Source of the DNA: Lama guanicoe
Taxonomy: Eukaryota
Assembly: GCA_013239625.1 (NCBI GenBank)
Contig: MU053934.1
Location: 1,519,285 to 1,583,284 of the forward strand
Direction of reading: 5' to 3'
Length of the DNA: 64,000 nucleotides
A program made the position numbers and the translations under genes. The notes under the pieces were generated by a model that had not been told where the DNA came from, searched no databases, and worked only from the letters and a program-made list of their open reading frames with translations. The first letter of the stretch is position 1. The number at the start of each line of letters is the position of its first letter. This document shows positions 39,601 to 51,123 of this stretch, one piece after another.

Positions 39601-41053
39601 GGTAGCTGTGTGACACATGAGGGGTCACCAGCCCTCACGTGGAATCACACTCCCCACGTGCCTGGTCCACGGGGCTCCAGGGAAAGGACACACAGCTGAC
39701 GGCACTGTGCCAGCAGGTGCACTGAGGCCACAGGTGTGTGAGCTCCCCACCCCTGGGGCCAGGGTCTGAAGCCCAGGACACAGCTGTGATGGAGGGGACT
39801 TGGATAGTGCCCTGCATCAGGACCCCAAGGGTCTCACTCCTGAGCCCTAAATGCAAGTCAAGTCCTGTCTCGTCGCACAGTTCCACCAATGGTAAAAATG
39901 TACGCGTGTGCCTGACTTACATGCAGGGTAACTAATGTGTGGGACAGAATGTTGCCCGAGAAAAGCAGGGTACGAAATTATCTCTGTGCGCCCTGCTGGA
40001 ATTCGTTTTAAAGTCAAGTCTGCGTAAGGAGAGACTCTAGAAGGTGCAGAGATAAGCGAAGACGGACGGAGTGAATGTAGGGACAGCCCTGTGATTTTAA
40101 AGACCGTTTCTGAATGTCCTCACGTGTTCTGTTCTGTGTTCACCACTCATCCACCACCTCTCACACTGGAGCACACAGAAGGTGGCCAGCGGGTCCCTAC
40201 ACTGAGCGGACCTTCAACAAAGGGTCACCGACCGTGGCCTCGACAGGGCTCAGGAGTCTTGTCGCTGACTCCTGGCCGGGAGACCTCACCCTAAGAATCG
40301 GCTCAGCCTGAACTCAATAGAGATGACGGCTGCCCAGCATTGTGAATGTACTAAATGCCACTGAACGTATGCTTCATAATGATTAATTTTCTGTTGTGTG
40401 ACTTTCACCTCAGCTGAAAAAAAACCCACCACCACTTACTGAGCACCTGTTTTCTGTCTGCAGAGAGGCTGGCTTGAAGGGGAAGGCCATGGCCAGATCT
40501 CCCATCGGTAACAAGTCAGGATTTAAACTACCCCATGTCCTTTGCCTCATAGGTGGGGAATGTCTCCGGGAGATTTGAGAGAAACGGGTTGTAGAGGGGC
40601 CTCTAGGAAGGGGAGCTGAGGGCAGGGGAGGCAGGTAGGTTTACTCTCCCTTCTATGCCTCTGTGGAACTTTGAACATTTTGAACCATGTGAACGTCAGA
40701 AGATAATAAAAGTCAAGAAGGAACATTTACTTTTAAATACAAAACAAAAACTGTCTCTGTATTGTCATGTCAAAAACAAGCTCTCTGAGGCCAGGCCCCT
40801 TAATTCTTATCCCCACTCATCTGATTGGTACACTGAGCTGCGGCTTCCTCTCCTGCCTCCAGTAGCCACCATAAGAATTAAGTGACAAAATGGGACGATG
40901 AAGGTAACACTGTTTGCACAGCACCTGGCCCATCTTGGGTACCCAGAAAGCATCCATCATCCTCCCCAGCTCCCTCTCCTCCACCTCGCTCTCTGAGTTT
41001 TGTCCATCTGGGACCCCCACACACCCTGGTGACCTGTGGTTTCTCCTCCTCAG

Positions 41054-41138
41054 AGAAAGCTACTGATGGCTCCCTGCAGAGCGAGGACTGGGCACTCAAC
41101 ATGGAGATCTGTGACATCATCAACGAGACTGAGGAAGG
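41054..41138 (+). CDS. TOM1: TOM1 exon 2 (VHS)
   Basis: ctcag|AG..GG|gtgagg; (E)[27 protein letters not shown](G). Confidence 0.97.
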
Positions 41139-43343
41139 GTGAGGACCTTGAGGGAGAGGCTAGGGTGCAAGGATGGGGAGGGGGCCCACTGCAACATGGT
41201 TTAAACACTTTGGAACTGTGATACAGTCCGACCATCTCATGATGATGAGAGATGCCCAGTGTGCAGCCGTCCAGCTGGCTCACGGGGGCCACCAGCCCAC
41301 ACAGCCTCTCACGGCAGCAGCGTAGCCAACCGGCTCTCCCTAGGATGTCACCTGAGCGGCATCTTATAGGACAAGGCCAGCGGGCGACTCTTAGAATAAG
41401 GAGATGACCCCAGCCCCATTCTGCATGCTGCAGACTTGGAATGTGCCTCAGGGACTCCTAGCTTTCCCAATGAGCAGAAACAGACTTTGTTTCCTTAAGG
41501 TTTGAAACCAGCCAGGAGGGTCGGGGATCACAGGGAAGGCAGTGAAGGGCAGGCAGAACTGAGAGCTGATCCCAGCCTTTGCCAAGCATTTCTGGCGCAT
41601 GGGGCATGGCATCCTGCTCGGGGTCAGGGAGCCTGCCGAGGCCTGGGGAGGTGGGGGAATGTTGTAGTCCTGGCTCCTGGTCTCTGACTAGTGTCGCTGA
41701 CCAGCGCTGTGACCTTGGGCAAATCACTTTACCTCCCCAGGTCTTTGTCCTCAAAGGCAAAGCTCCTTTCAGTCCTTCCAGCAATCTGTCCAAGGCCCTG
41801 CGGGGAGCAGAGAAGGGGTTCAGGGTCACTGTCCTTCTCAGGAAAAACCAAGGAAGGCTTGGGAGGTGGGTGACGACCACAGCCAGCGAGAGGAACAACC
41901 AGATGAGGCCTCTGTTCTGGAAGAATCAGGATCAGCGGTTGGGGCGGGACCCCAGTTCTCCCCGTGCCTTTCATTGGGACTGTCCAGTGGCCCTGCAAGG
42001 GCTCCTCAGCCATGAGGTGCTTTGTGGAGGGAGCAGTGGGGAACACCCCGGTCAGAGCATTAGGAGGCTGTGGGCGTCTGAGGCCCACGGTCAAGGCCAA
42101 TCAGGAGAGTGAGTGGCTGCCGGCACCTTCCAGGGTCCCCAGTGATGTGCCGTGGGCTTGCCGAGGCACTGGTGGGGGACATATGCTCCTAAGAGTGGGA
42201 GTGGGAGAAGTGGGCAGGTGGCAGGGCCACCAAGAGAGAAGACTGAGGCAGAAAACCTCAAAAAGCCTCTGGAAAGGCCTGGGGGCTTCATGAACGTTGG
42301 GACTGAAAGTTACTGCTGTGGCCTCGGAGAAGCCAGTCCCCACCTCCTAGTCCCCAGGTTAGATTTGCTCAGGTGCGAGCTGTTGATTTGAGCACCTCCT
42401 GTGCCCCAGGCTCTGCCTGAGGCCCTGGGGACCCAGTGGGGAGGCCAGCAGGTGTGACCCTTGACCTCATCAAGCTTGTCTGCTCCTGCCTTGGGCTGTG
42501 GCCTCCTTGTCATGCGCTTTGTGCTCCTGGCAGAGTACTAGATACACAGTAGGCCCACAGCAGTGGCACACAAGCCAGAACTTCTGATCGCAAGGCCGTG
42601 CCCTTTCTCTGGGCCACTCTGCGAGAAGTGGAAACAAGTCCCTTCAGAGAGCTGACGTGGCCTCAGGTGAGCCAGGAACAGAAGCCAGCTTCCCCGAGAT
42701 GGAGCCCAGAGGGCCAGGGGCCGCCCCAGGGCATTGGGTTGAAAGCTGCCCTCACACGTCTGGGGCCCACCCCGTCAGGCGCCTTGGTCCCTCGCCCGTG
42801 TGTCATCTCCATCACAGCCACCCGACTCGGGTCTGTTCCCAGAAAGCCTTGTCTGCTGCCTTCACTCATGTTGGGGGGCCCACATTAGGGCTCCTGACTC
42901 TCTTGACTCGCCCTTGATGGATTTGGCCCTGACAGACAGACAGACACCCAGCAGACGGCAGGACAGGCCTCACCTGCCACCTACCAGACCAGAGTGTGTT
43001 GCTTGAGCCCCTGCGGCGTGCTGGGCTCCGGGGAGGCACAGCAGCAGAGGACACTGCCCGCGGACAGAGGACATCCTTCCTCGCGGGGCAGCCCCGAGGG
43101 CCGTGCACCCAGAGATGGAGGACTGGGGAGGTGTCGTGGGCAGGCGGATGTTAGCCGGGCTTTCACTTGGCAGGCGTGGAAACTGGAGGCCACAGAGGCT
43201 TTTCGGCCAGAGCGGTCGGGGCAACGTGGATTTCCCCTGTGCAGGGCTGAGGGGCGGGATTCAGGGATGAGGCGTGGGGGCGGCAGTGTGGTTACAGGTG
43301 GGACAGACTGCCCCCCCAGCCGAGGCCTGCAGGGCTGCGCGCG

Positions 43344-43346
<3 letters not shown>

Positions 43347-43373
<27 letters not shown>
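43347..43373. repeat. (CA)n microsatellite
   Basis: Seen directly, preceded by gcgcgcgc. Confidence 0.9.
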
Positions 43374-43374
<1 letters not shown>

Positions 43375-43595
43375 CCTGTGACCTTGAGGCCTCCCTCCAC
43401 CTTCCCCTACACTCCCCGACCTCCTTTCAGTTCCTGCCCTCTCCCCCTCCCCCCCATCTCCACGGGCCCTGGTCCAGCCTCCTTCCTGCCACTACCTGAA
43501 CCACTTCCCCCACTCCCTGCAGCTGATCCATCCCATCCTTCACGCTCAGCTGCACTGCCACCTCCTCAGAGAGACTTCCCTGCCCACCCCACCCC

Positions 43596-43596
43596 A

Positions 43597-43628
<32 letters not shown>
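43596..43628. repeat. (CA)n microsatellite
   Basis: Seen directly. Confidence 0.9.
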
Positions 43629-43631
<3 letters not shown>

Positions 43632-44246
43632 CTTACCTCAGGACCTGCTTGTTCCCTCCCTTAGGTGGGTCTTCCAGGAACACGTGATCCTTAGAAGCAG
43701 GGCCCCATGGTCTTGTTCACCAGTATGTCCCAGCACCCAGCCTGGTACCGCCACATGTCGCACCTCGTCAGGCTGGAGCGGAAGCAAAGATGGGGAGGGA
43801 AACTGGCCACGATGGAGCATGAGAACACTGCCTACTTGTTGGTTCTTAAACTTTAATACGCATGTAAAGCCTCTGTGGGCATGGTAAACATGCAGATTCC
43901 CTGCAAGTTTGGTTCAGGGGTCTAGGGTGGGGGTCTGGGGGTCTGCGTTTTTAACACTCACGCCTTCCCCCAGAGGGATTCTGGTGCAAGGTGTCCAGAC
44001 ACTAGGCACTGAGAGTCCCTGCCAAGCGGTCATGATCTCCTGAGAGGACTTTGGTGAGGCTGGAAGATTCTGATGTGATTAGAACCTGAATACACAAAGC
44101 AGATGGGACCCGGGGAGACAGGCAGATAAGAGCCGCTCCATTCTCCAGTGCCTCCTGCCTCCTGATTGGAAGCAGGCAGGCAGCCTCCTGTGTTGCACAA
44201 GAAGTTCCATGCCTCAGCCCCTCCTTCCTTTTGTCCTTCTGCCCAG

Positions 44247-44325
44247 TCCCAAAGATGCCTGCCGAGCAGTGAAGAAGAGAATCGTGGGGAATAAGAACTT
44301 CCACGAGGTGATGTTGGCTCTCACG
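44247..44325 (+). CDS. TOM1: TOM1 exon 3 (VHS)
   Basis: cccag|T..ACG|gtgagt; [26 protein letters not shown]. Confidence 0.97.
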
Positions 44326-44898
44326 GTGAGTGCCCCATCCCTCCGTCCACGGCGGGACCACGGTCCACCTGGGGGCCTCCCTGTGCCCAGCAGGACCCCA
44401 GCCACTCTGGGGCTCCTCTTCCAAGGGCTGGGAAGGCAAGGTCTGCAGGCAGTGCTGTTCAGCAGTCTACACTGCTGGCTAACCTGGAGTGGCAAGAGAG
44501 GCTATTTGGAGAAGTTTTATCTAACCTCCTGGCATGGGGAGCAGACACACTGAGGCCCACATTCCTCCAGAACCCATCATGGGGCGCCTGGGCAGAGGAC
44601 CTGCCAGGTGGCACAGAAGCTCAGTGCGCCCAGGCCTCTGCGGGGCAGGGAGCCTAGCAGGCCGAGTTGGTTACTGAATGGCACTTGGACGGCCTGAAAA
44701 ATGAACATGAAACAAATGCCAGAGGCTGAGGACAGTCCTTGCCACAACGGGATGGGACAGGCATGAGCGGGCAGGTCAGGGTGGGTTTGGCTGGGGAGTG
44801 GGGACAGGAGCATGCTGCCCCAGCCTCCCCCACGGCAACATTTATGTCCAGGTGAGTCTGCTAAACTGAGAAGCGAAGGCAGCTTCTCCCAGGAAGTA

Positions 44899-45027
44899 GA
44901 GACAGGAGTGGGGGCAGGAGAAGGGACAGGACTGGGGACCAGGAGTAGGGACAGGAGAGGGGACAGGAGTGAGGCAGGAGAGGGGACAGGAGTCAGGACA
45001 GGAGAGGGGACCAGAGGGGAAGGGAAG
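44899..45027. repeat. Purine-rich degenerate ~12-bp tandem repeat (GGGACAGGAG core)
   Basis: About 9-10 imperfect units. Confidence 0.8.
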
Positions 45028-45080
45028 TTGAGTGCCTTTTTCCTGGGTCACAGTGTTACCACTTGGCCTGGAGAGCCACC

Positions 45081-45220
45081 TCCCTTCTAGACTGTGTTCA
45101 GCCCAGAGACAGCATCAGGACAGGATTCTGTGGGCCCTGCGGCCACTCAGCAAGGGGCCTCCAGCCAACACTCCGTCCTCTGCCGCCTCGGCCCCACCCC
45201 CCGAGTCAGCCAGCCCCTGA
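45081..45220 (+). pseudogene. Diverged duplicate of TOM1 exon 6 (pseudo-exon) in intron 3
   Basis: ttctag|ACTGTGTTCAGCCCAGAGACAGCATCAGGACAGGATTCTGTGGGC...; 67/81 nt identical to exon 6 over the first 27 codons, then small deletions and no donor. Confidence 0.9.
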
Positions 45221-45366
45221 ATCCTCCCCGAATCCTCCCCACTTCCCTGGGTTCTGGTCTCTTGCTTCGGGAAGCCACGTCCTCTGCTGGGCCTCCCTAC
45301 ACCAGGACATAAGTGGAGTACGAGGGTGGGGGTCCTGGGTGCTCACGGGTGCCACACGGCCCCCAG

Positions 45367-45516
45367 GTCTTGGAAACTTGCGTCAAGAACTGTGGGCACC
45401 GCTTCCATGTGCTGGTGGCCAGCCAGGACTTCGTGGAGGGCGTGCTGGTGAGGACCATCCTGCCCAAGAACAACCCGCCCACCATTGTGCACGACAAGGT
45501 GCTCAACCTCATCCAG
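45367..45516 (+). CDS. TOM1: TOM1 exon 4 (VHS)
   Basis: cccag|GTC..CAG|gtgagc; [50 protein letters not shown]. Confidence 0.97.
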
Positions 45517-45801
45517 GTGAGCGTGGTCGGGCGGGCAGGCCGAGGCCGGAGCTGGGCCAGGGAGGAGGGTGCCCCCGCCACCACTGCTCTCTCTGTCTGC
45601 TTCAGTCTCTCATCGGGGCTATCTTGCTTGTCTGCTGATGGACTTCTGAGTGGGGGAAGCCTTATCAACTGAGGGCTATGCAGTAGAGGGGCTGTCTGGG
45701 AGATGCAGCCAAAGGACCAGCTCCCGGGGGACTGGGGAGGCAGGCTCACAGGGTAGTCAGTGAGCTGTGGTTACTGGCCATGTCCCCTTGTCCCCTCTCA
45801 G

Positions 45802-45936
45802 TCCTGGGCTGACGCGTTCCGCAGCTCCCCCGACTTGACAGGTGTGGTCGCCGTCTATGAGGACCTGCGGAGGAAGGGCCTGGAGTTCCCCATGACCGAT
45901 CTGGACATGCTGTCGCCCATCCACACACCCCAGAGG
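45802..45936 (+). CDS. TOM1: TOM1 exon 5 (end of VHS)
   Basis: ctctcag|TCC..AGG|gtgagg; [45 protein letters not shown]. Confidence 0.97.
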
Positions 45937-46048
45937 GTGAGGAGCACTGAGCAGGGGTGGTGGGAGTGATCACTTCAGGGGGTTCCGCAGCTGCTTCCTG
46001 GTGGCCCCTGACCTACCAGCCTCTCTGATTCAGCTTTTTGCCCTCTAG

Positions 46049-46195
46049 ACCGTGTTCAGCTCAGAGACACCATCAGGACAGAATTCTGTGGGCGCCGACA
46101 CTAGTCATCGAGGGGACTCCAGCCAACACACCGCTCCTCTGCCTGCCTCAGTCCTGCTCCCCAGCGACACACCTATAGTGCCGACCCCTGAGCAG
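46049..46195 (+). CDS. TOM1: TOM1 exon 6 (VHS-GAT linker)
   Basis: ctctag|ACC..CAG|gtgaac; [49 protein letters not shown]. Confidence 0.95.
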
Positions 46196-47673
46196 GTGAA
46201 CGAGCCTGGGTCACAGCCACATGGTCAGGACCCTGGCCTCCCCAGACAGCAGGGAGAGGCCCCTGTCAGTTTGGAAATTCCTCCCCCCCAGTCCTCACAG
46301 CAGACTCTCAGGACACATAACATCCTTCCTATTTGGAAGATGAAGCTCAGAGAAATCAATTCACTTGCCTAGAGCCACACAGCTCAGCAGAGAGAGCTGG
46401 GATTCAAGCTCAAGTCTGTCTGACTCCTTTCAGGCTCTGCCATGCACCTGGGCTATTCTCCAGACTGCTCCCTCTGTGGAGCCTTGTGGGCAGCCCCGGG
46501 GGGGGCGGGGGGAATGCCCTGCAGGCGGCCCCTCCACCACAGCAGCTCCACTCTTGCTGCAGTTTGCTCATGGGCTCACATAAGATTTCATTTGAACAGA
46601 GGTTCTAACTAAAAGCAGTTCTAAAATATCTACACAAAAACTTTTTTTAAACTCTTGCTTTGCACCAAGATGCTTCCCACGAAGCCCCAAGAAGGTCTGA
46701 GCCATAGTGTAAGATCCTGGAGGCCGGGCCTGGGGTGGGTTTTCCTGCCCCGTGAGTAGCTTTGCAAGACTGCCCTCCTCCGACCCGGCAGCTGGCCCTG
46801 TGCCGCTGCCGCCTGCACCGAGGCGTGTGCCCTGCCCACGGGCCTTGAGAAGTTTGCAGTGAGCCGTCACTGCTGTCCCAGAGGGACGTCCCCAGCCGTG
46901 ACCAGTGTTCCTGGGTGCTCAGTCACTTTAGACACGCCATGGGGGTGCGGGTTGAGGCCTGCATACTGTGGGGGTGCCCACTTTTGAGGTGCCTTACAAA
47001 CTTCCATGGTATTGTTTGGTCCTTTAAACAAATAAACTTATCGACAGTCTTTCACATGCTAACCTATTTAAAGAGAAACCTCTATCCTTTGACATCTTAT
47101 AGCAAGTTATAAAATCAACCCCCAGAGTTACAAATATTACCAGAAAAGTTTTCCTAACTGGACCGATAATTAAAAGTGCATTAAAATTTGTAAAATCACC
47201 CTGTGATCCAAAATTGATCTAACCTGCTTATAATTTTTAACCAATTTGCCTGAAGTCTACATTCTGTGTCGATTAAGACTCTGATTATGTCTAGTGGAAG
47301 GAGGTTCTTGCTAAACAAGACTGAGTCATCTTTGTTTAATTTCAGAGTCCCCTTTTGTCTCCTGGGACACGTTAAGGCTTTTGGACCACAGTGGTGTATC
47401 TCCCAGATGCTGTTGTAATTAGGTCCCATCTGACCTGGACACGCTGGGTTTGCCATGAATAGTTTTTCCACTCGCTTATACCCAGACTGTTCGTTAAACA
47501 GGCAAATGTACCAGATGTTTTATGGGTTTGGAAGGTGCTGGCAAATTGTAGCAGATGGGCTCCCTGTGTCTGCAGACCTATCATCTGTAAAGTCTGGGTA
47601 GTGATACCTGCCCCGTAAGACCGTGGTCAGGGTTAAGTAGCAACATACAGTAGGTGATCAAAATGGCACCTGC

Positions 47674-47761
47674 GGGGGTAGAGCTCAGTGGTAGAGCGCA
47701 TGCTTGGTGTGCACGTGGTCCCGGGTGCAACCCCTAGTGCCTCTGTTAAGGGGAAAACAAA
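47674..47761 (+). mobile_element. Short tRNA-Ala-derived SINE (vic-1-like)
   Basis: agctcagtggtagagcgcatgctt; TSD aaaatggcacctgc 47660-47673 / aaaatggcaactgc 47762-47775. Confidence 0.8.
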
Positions 47762-48623
47762 AAAATGGCAACTGCTGTCACAGGCATCATGAATTTAGAT
47801 GGTGACACTCGTAGTCTGGAATCAACTAGGTCACCCAACTTAGAATGCACCAGCAGTTCTGAAAATGTGGGCCGCCAAATCGTAGGGCCGTGAGAGAGTC
47901 CATGATCAAAGGGTTCTCTAGTCAGATCAGTTTGGGGAGTGTCCATCCTGGCCCCTTCCTGGAAGTTCACTGTGCACACATTCAGGAGGACACTGAACAC
48001 CCCGCAGAGCCCGGAGTGTGAGATACTGTACCAGGAGCCTCTCACCGCCTCACCTGAGAGCAGAGACTGTGACTTAATTGACAGCCTTCCCCCAAGCCAA
48101 GCCATCAGGTTTCTGATGATTGAAAACCTGCTCACATCCCTTTGACAAGTGCTAGATCTGAGATTCATACTCAGGGTGGGGGCGGCGCTGGGCCCCCATG
48201 CCTGGAAGAGTCTGGGCCACCAAAGCAGACCTGGAGCAAGACAGAATCCCGTCCTCCCAGGAGAGAAGCAGGCCTCCTCCTCTCGGGGGAACCACCCTCT
48301 AGGGCCTCGTTAGGTGCCAGTGGAGCCTGGGAGATGCTGGAGCCCTCCAGCTGCGCTCGGGCTGCATCCACCCTCAGCTTCTTTCCTCCTGGCCTCTCCC
48401 TGCGCCAGGCGGCCCAGTTTGGAGATGGTCACGGTTGGTAGCACCTCTGTAAGGGTCTGTGGGGGTCGGGGCAAGCCCAGCACAGACCTCTCAGCGCAGG
48501 GCTGTGGCTGGGAGCCTAGAGCAGGCCCTGGCAGGTCGGGCTGGTGGTACCAGGCTCTGCCCCTGCGAGCGGCAGCGGCTCCGGACCCCAGCCTCACTTA
48601 ACAGAACCAATGATGTGTTCCAG

Positions 48624-48740
48624 ATCGGGAAGCTGCGCAGCGAGCTCGAGCTGGTGAGTGGGAACGTGCGGGTGATGTCCGAGATGCTGACGGAGCTGGT
48701 GCCCACCCAGGCGGAGCCTGCGGACCTGGAGCTGCTCCAG
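48624..48740 (+). CDS. TOM1: TOM1 exon 7 (GAT)
   Basis: ttccag|ATC..CAG|gtgagc; [39 protein letters not shown]. Confidence 0.97.
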
Positions 48741-49649
48741 GTGAGCCCAGGCATCAGCCGCCTGCCCCCACCACACTGCAGCCTCCGTGGCTGAGTCCAG
48801 CCCCTGGGTCACAGGGGAGGTGGTGAAACAGGGGCTTTGGGCTCTGTCAGGTTGCAATTCAGGGCTCTGCTGCTTTGTGGTTTGAGCAGACTAGCCCTCC
48901 TGTCTCAGTTTCCTCCCCTGTGAGTTTGCTTTAATGATACGAGTTTGCCCTGAGAATTAAGTAAGATGCGCATGTAAAACACCCTCCCTGTGCCTGGGAG
49001 AGCAGCTGCCAGTTAGACAGTCCCAAGGGAAAGCTGGAAGCTGAGGTTTCCACCTTTCGGAATACAAAGCTTGGCTGGCAGGTTCAAGAGCACGGCTGGT
49101 CTGGGGAGCCAAGGCAGGTGGGGTCTGCGGGCCGGTGCTCCCGTGGGTCACACGATGTTCCCACGGTCCCATCCCGACCTGGGGCTGCTGGAGCAGAAGC
49201 GGCTGTGTGTGGGGAAAGGCCCCCTCCCTAGGGCGGTCAGTTCATAGAGATGCCAAGAAAGCTGGGGCCCCCCGAGGCCCCCAAGTCATCTGAACCTGTG
49301 AGGGGTTAGAGCGCTTGGTGGATGGTCTCGTTTTGTGTCTTTCCTGCTGGGCCTCACACTCCTGGCGGGCAGGGCTGTATCGCGCTCTCCTCTGTCCCTG
49401 GGACCATCCGAGCTGACCCGGTGTTCTGCTCAGGGGTCCTTACCTCACGGCAGGGAGCAAAGTCGGAGTCTCAGAGTTGAGTGAACACACAGACGTGAAG
49501 AATGGGTGACAGAAGCTTGAGTGAGTTGGGGAGCAGCAGGATTGCTGCAGCACAGTTCAGTTTCGAGTGTCCTAAGCCACAGCCATGCAGGTGTGAGCGA
49601 TTTCAGGGACTCAGAGGGCCAGCTGGCAGGCAGGGGTGACACGGGGACA

Positions 49650-49880
49650 GCTGACATGCATTGAGCACATCCTGTGTGCCAGGCTGTGATGTGGACATGT
49701 GATATGCATTCACTCACTTAATCCTCACCCCCTCCGCCACCCGCCCCATGAGGGTGGGTACTCTTATTAACCCCGTGTCCCAGGCCAGGAAACTGAGGCA
49801 GAGAGGCCATGTGATGTGCCCAGAGTCACAGGGCTGGTCAGCAGCAGAGCTGGGATTTGAACCCAGGGCCCTGCTCTTGA
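49650..49880 (-). mobile_element. MIR SINE
   Basis: aggaaactgaggcagagagg...gcagagctgggatttgaacccagg. Confidence 0.7.
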
Positions 49881-50315
49881 GGGGGTCAGGCAAGGGACTG
49901 GGGGCAAAGCCGCGGTGTGCTTGGTCGTAGGGGGAGGAGGTGGCGGCCCCCGGGGTGCTGGGAGTCTCCCAGGCCTGCCCTGCCCCGTGCTCAAGGCAGG
50001 TGAGGATCAGAGGGCCTGACCTAGGAGGGGGTGGGCGGCAGGGGCTGAAAAGAACCAAAATCAGTGCTGGGACAGTGCCTGGTCTTTAGGATGTCAGGAA
50101 AAAAGTGTTGGTGTGTGGCCGCGGTCAGCAGTGCCTGACAACCGTCATTTGGGACCCAGGCACTTGTCCCCCTGCTGGTGGGCCCCTGAAGGAGAAAACA
50201 CTCAGTCCTGCAGGTGAAAAACCTACAGTGCTGTGGCTTCTATTATTTTACTTTTTTTCCCCAAACAAGTTTAAATACATAATTCTAACTGATTAAAAGT
50301 CAGTCAGTGACAAAA

Positions 50316-50550
50316 TACAATGTGGGACCCTGGAAGGAGGGGTTGGGGGGACATTAGTGGAAAAACTGGCGAAACCTGAATGAGTCTGTAGTTAGTTAAT
50401 AGCATTGTGTCCGGATTGATGTCTTGGTTTTGACAAATGCCAAACTAAGGAGAAGCTGAGTGAAGGGTTTACAGAAACCCTGTGCTATTTTATCTTGGCA
50501 ACGTTTCTGTAAAGTTAAAATTATTCCAAAATAAAAAGTATTTTAAAAAA
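50316..50550 (+). mobile_element. Old L1M 3' end fragment
   Basis: ggacattagtggaaaaactgg...tctgtaaagttaaaattattccaaaataaaaag. Confidence 0.7.
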
Positions 50551-50989
50551 ATAGAATTATGAGGCAAAAATTCAACGTCGGGGGCGTGGATAGCAGTTGG
50601 AGTTGTCCAGTTCATTTTCTCTGCTTTGGTCACATGACATCTCAAGGCACCCAGAGGAGTGGCAGGTGTCCCGCTGGCCACCTTGCAGTCTCGATGTTTC
50701 CAGGAGGCAGAGGTGGCAGCAGGAGCTTCATTCTGGAGTCTGCACAGAGCCAAGTCAAAGCAGCAGCACATCTCAGTGTTGGTTGCTTCCTCTGTGCTAA
50801 ACCCCAGTGTAGAGCACTTAGAAGTGAGACCAGTGCTTGGCTGTAGATCCCCAAAAGCTGTCTGTGCACCTGAAGTCCAGTTTGGAAACGTCTCCATCCC
50901 CAAGGCGCGCCCAGGGCAGGACACGTCCATTAGAGGTGGCCTCGGCCTGGGTCCAGTGGCCATGGTTGTCACACTTCCTTCCCCGGCAG

Positions 50990-51123
50990 GAGCTCAACCG
51001 GACGTGCCGGGCCATGCAGCAGCGGGTGCTGGAGCTCATCCCCCGAGTCGCCAACGAGCAGCTGACCGAGGAGCTGCTCATCGTCAACGACAACCTCAAC
51101 AACGTGTTCCTGCGCCACGAGCG
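50990..51123 (+). CDS. TOM1: TOM1 exon 8 (GAT)
   Basis: ggcag|GAG..CG|gtagcc; [44 protein letters not shown](R). Confidence 0.96.

Noticed and set aside
42994..43887. 297-aa ORF in TOM1 intron 2
   Set aside because: Reads through two CA microsatellites (HTHTHT) and low-complexity Pro-rich sequence; no homology recognised
44899..45027. CRISPR-like or coding repeat array
   Set aside because: Degenerate purine-rich minisatellite without unique spacers, in a mammalian intron
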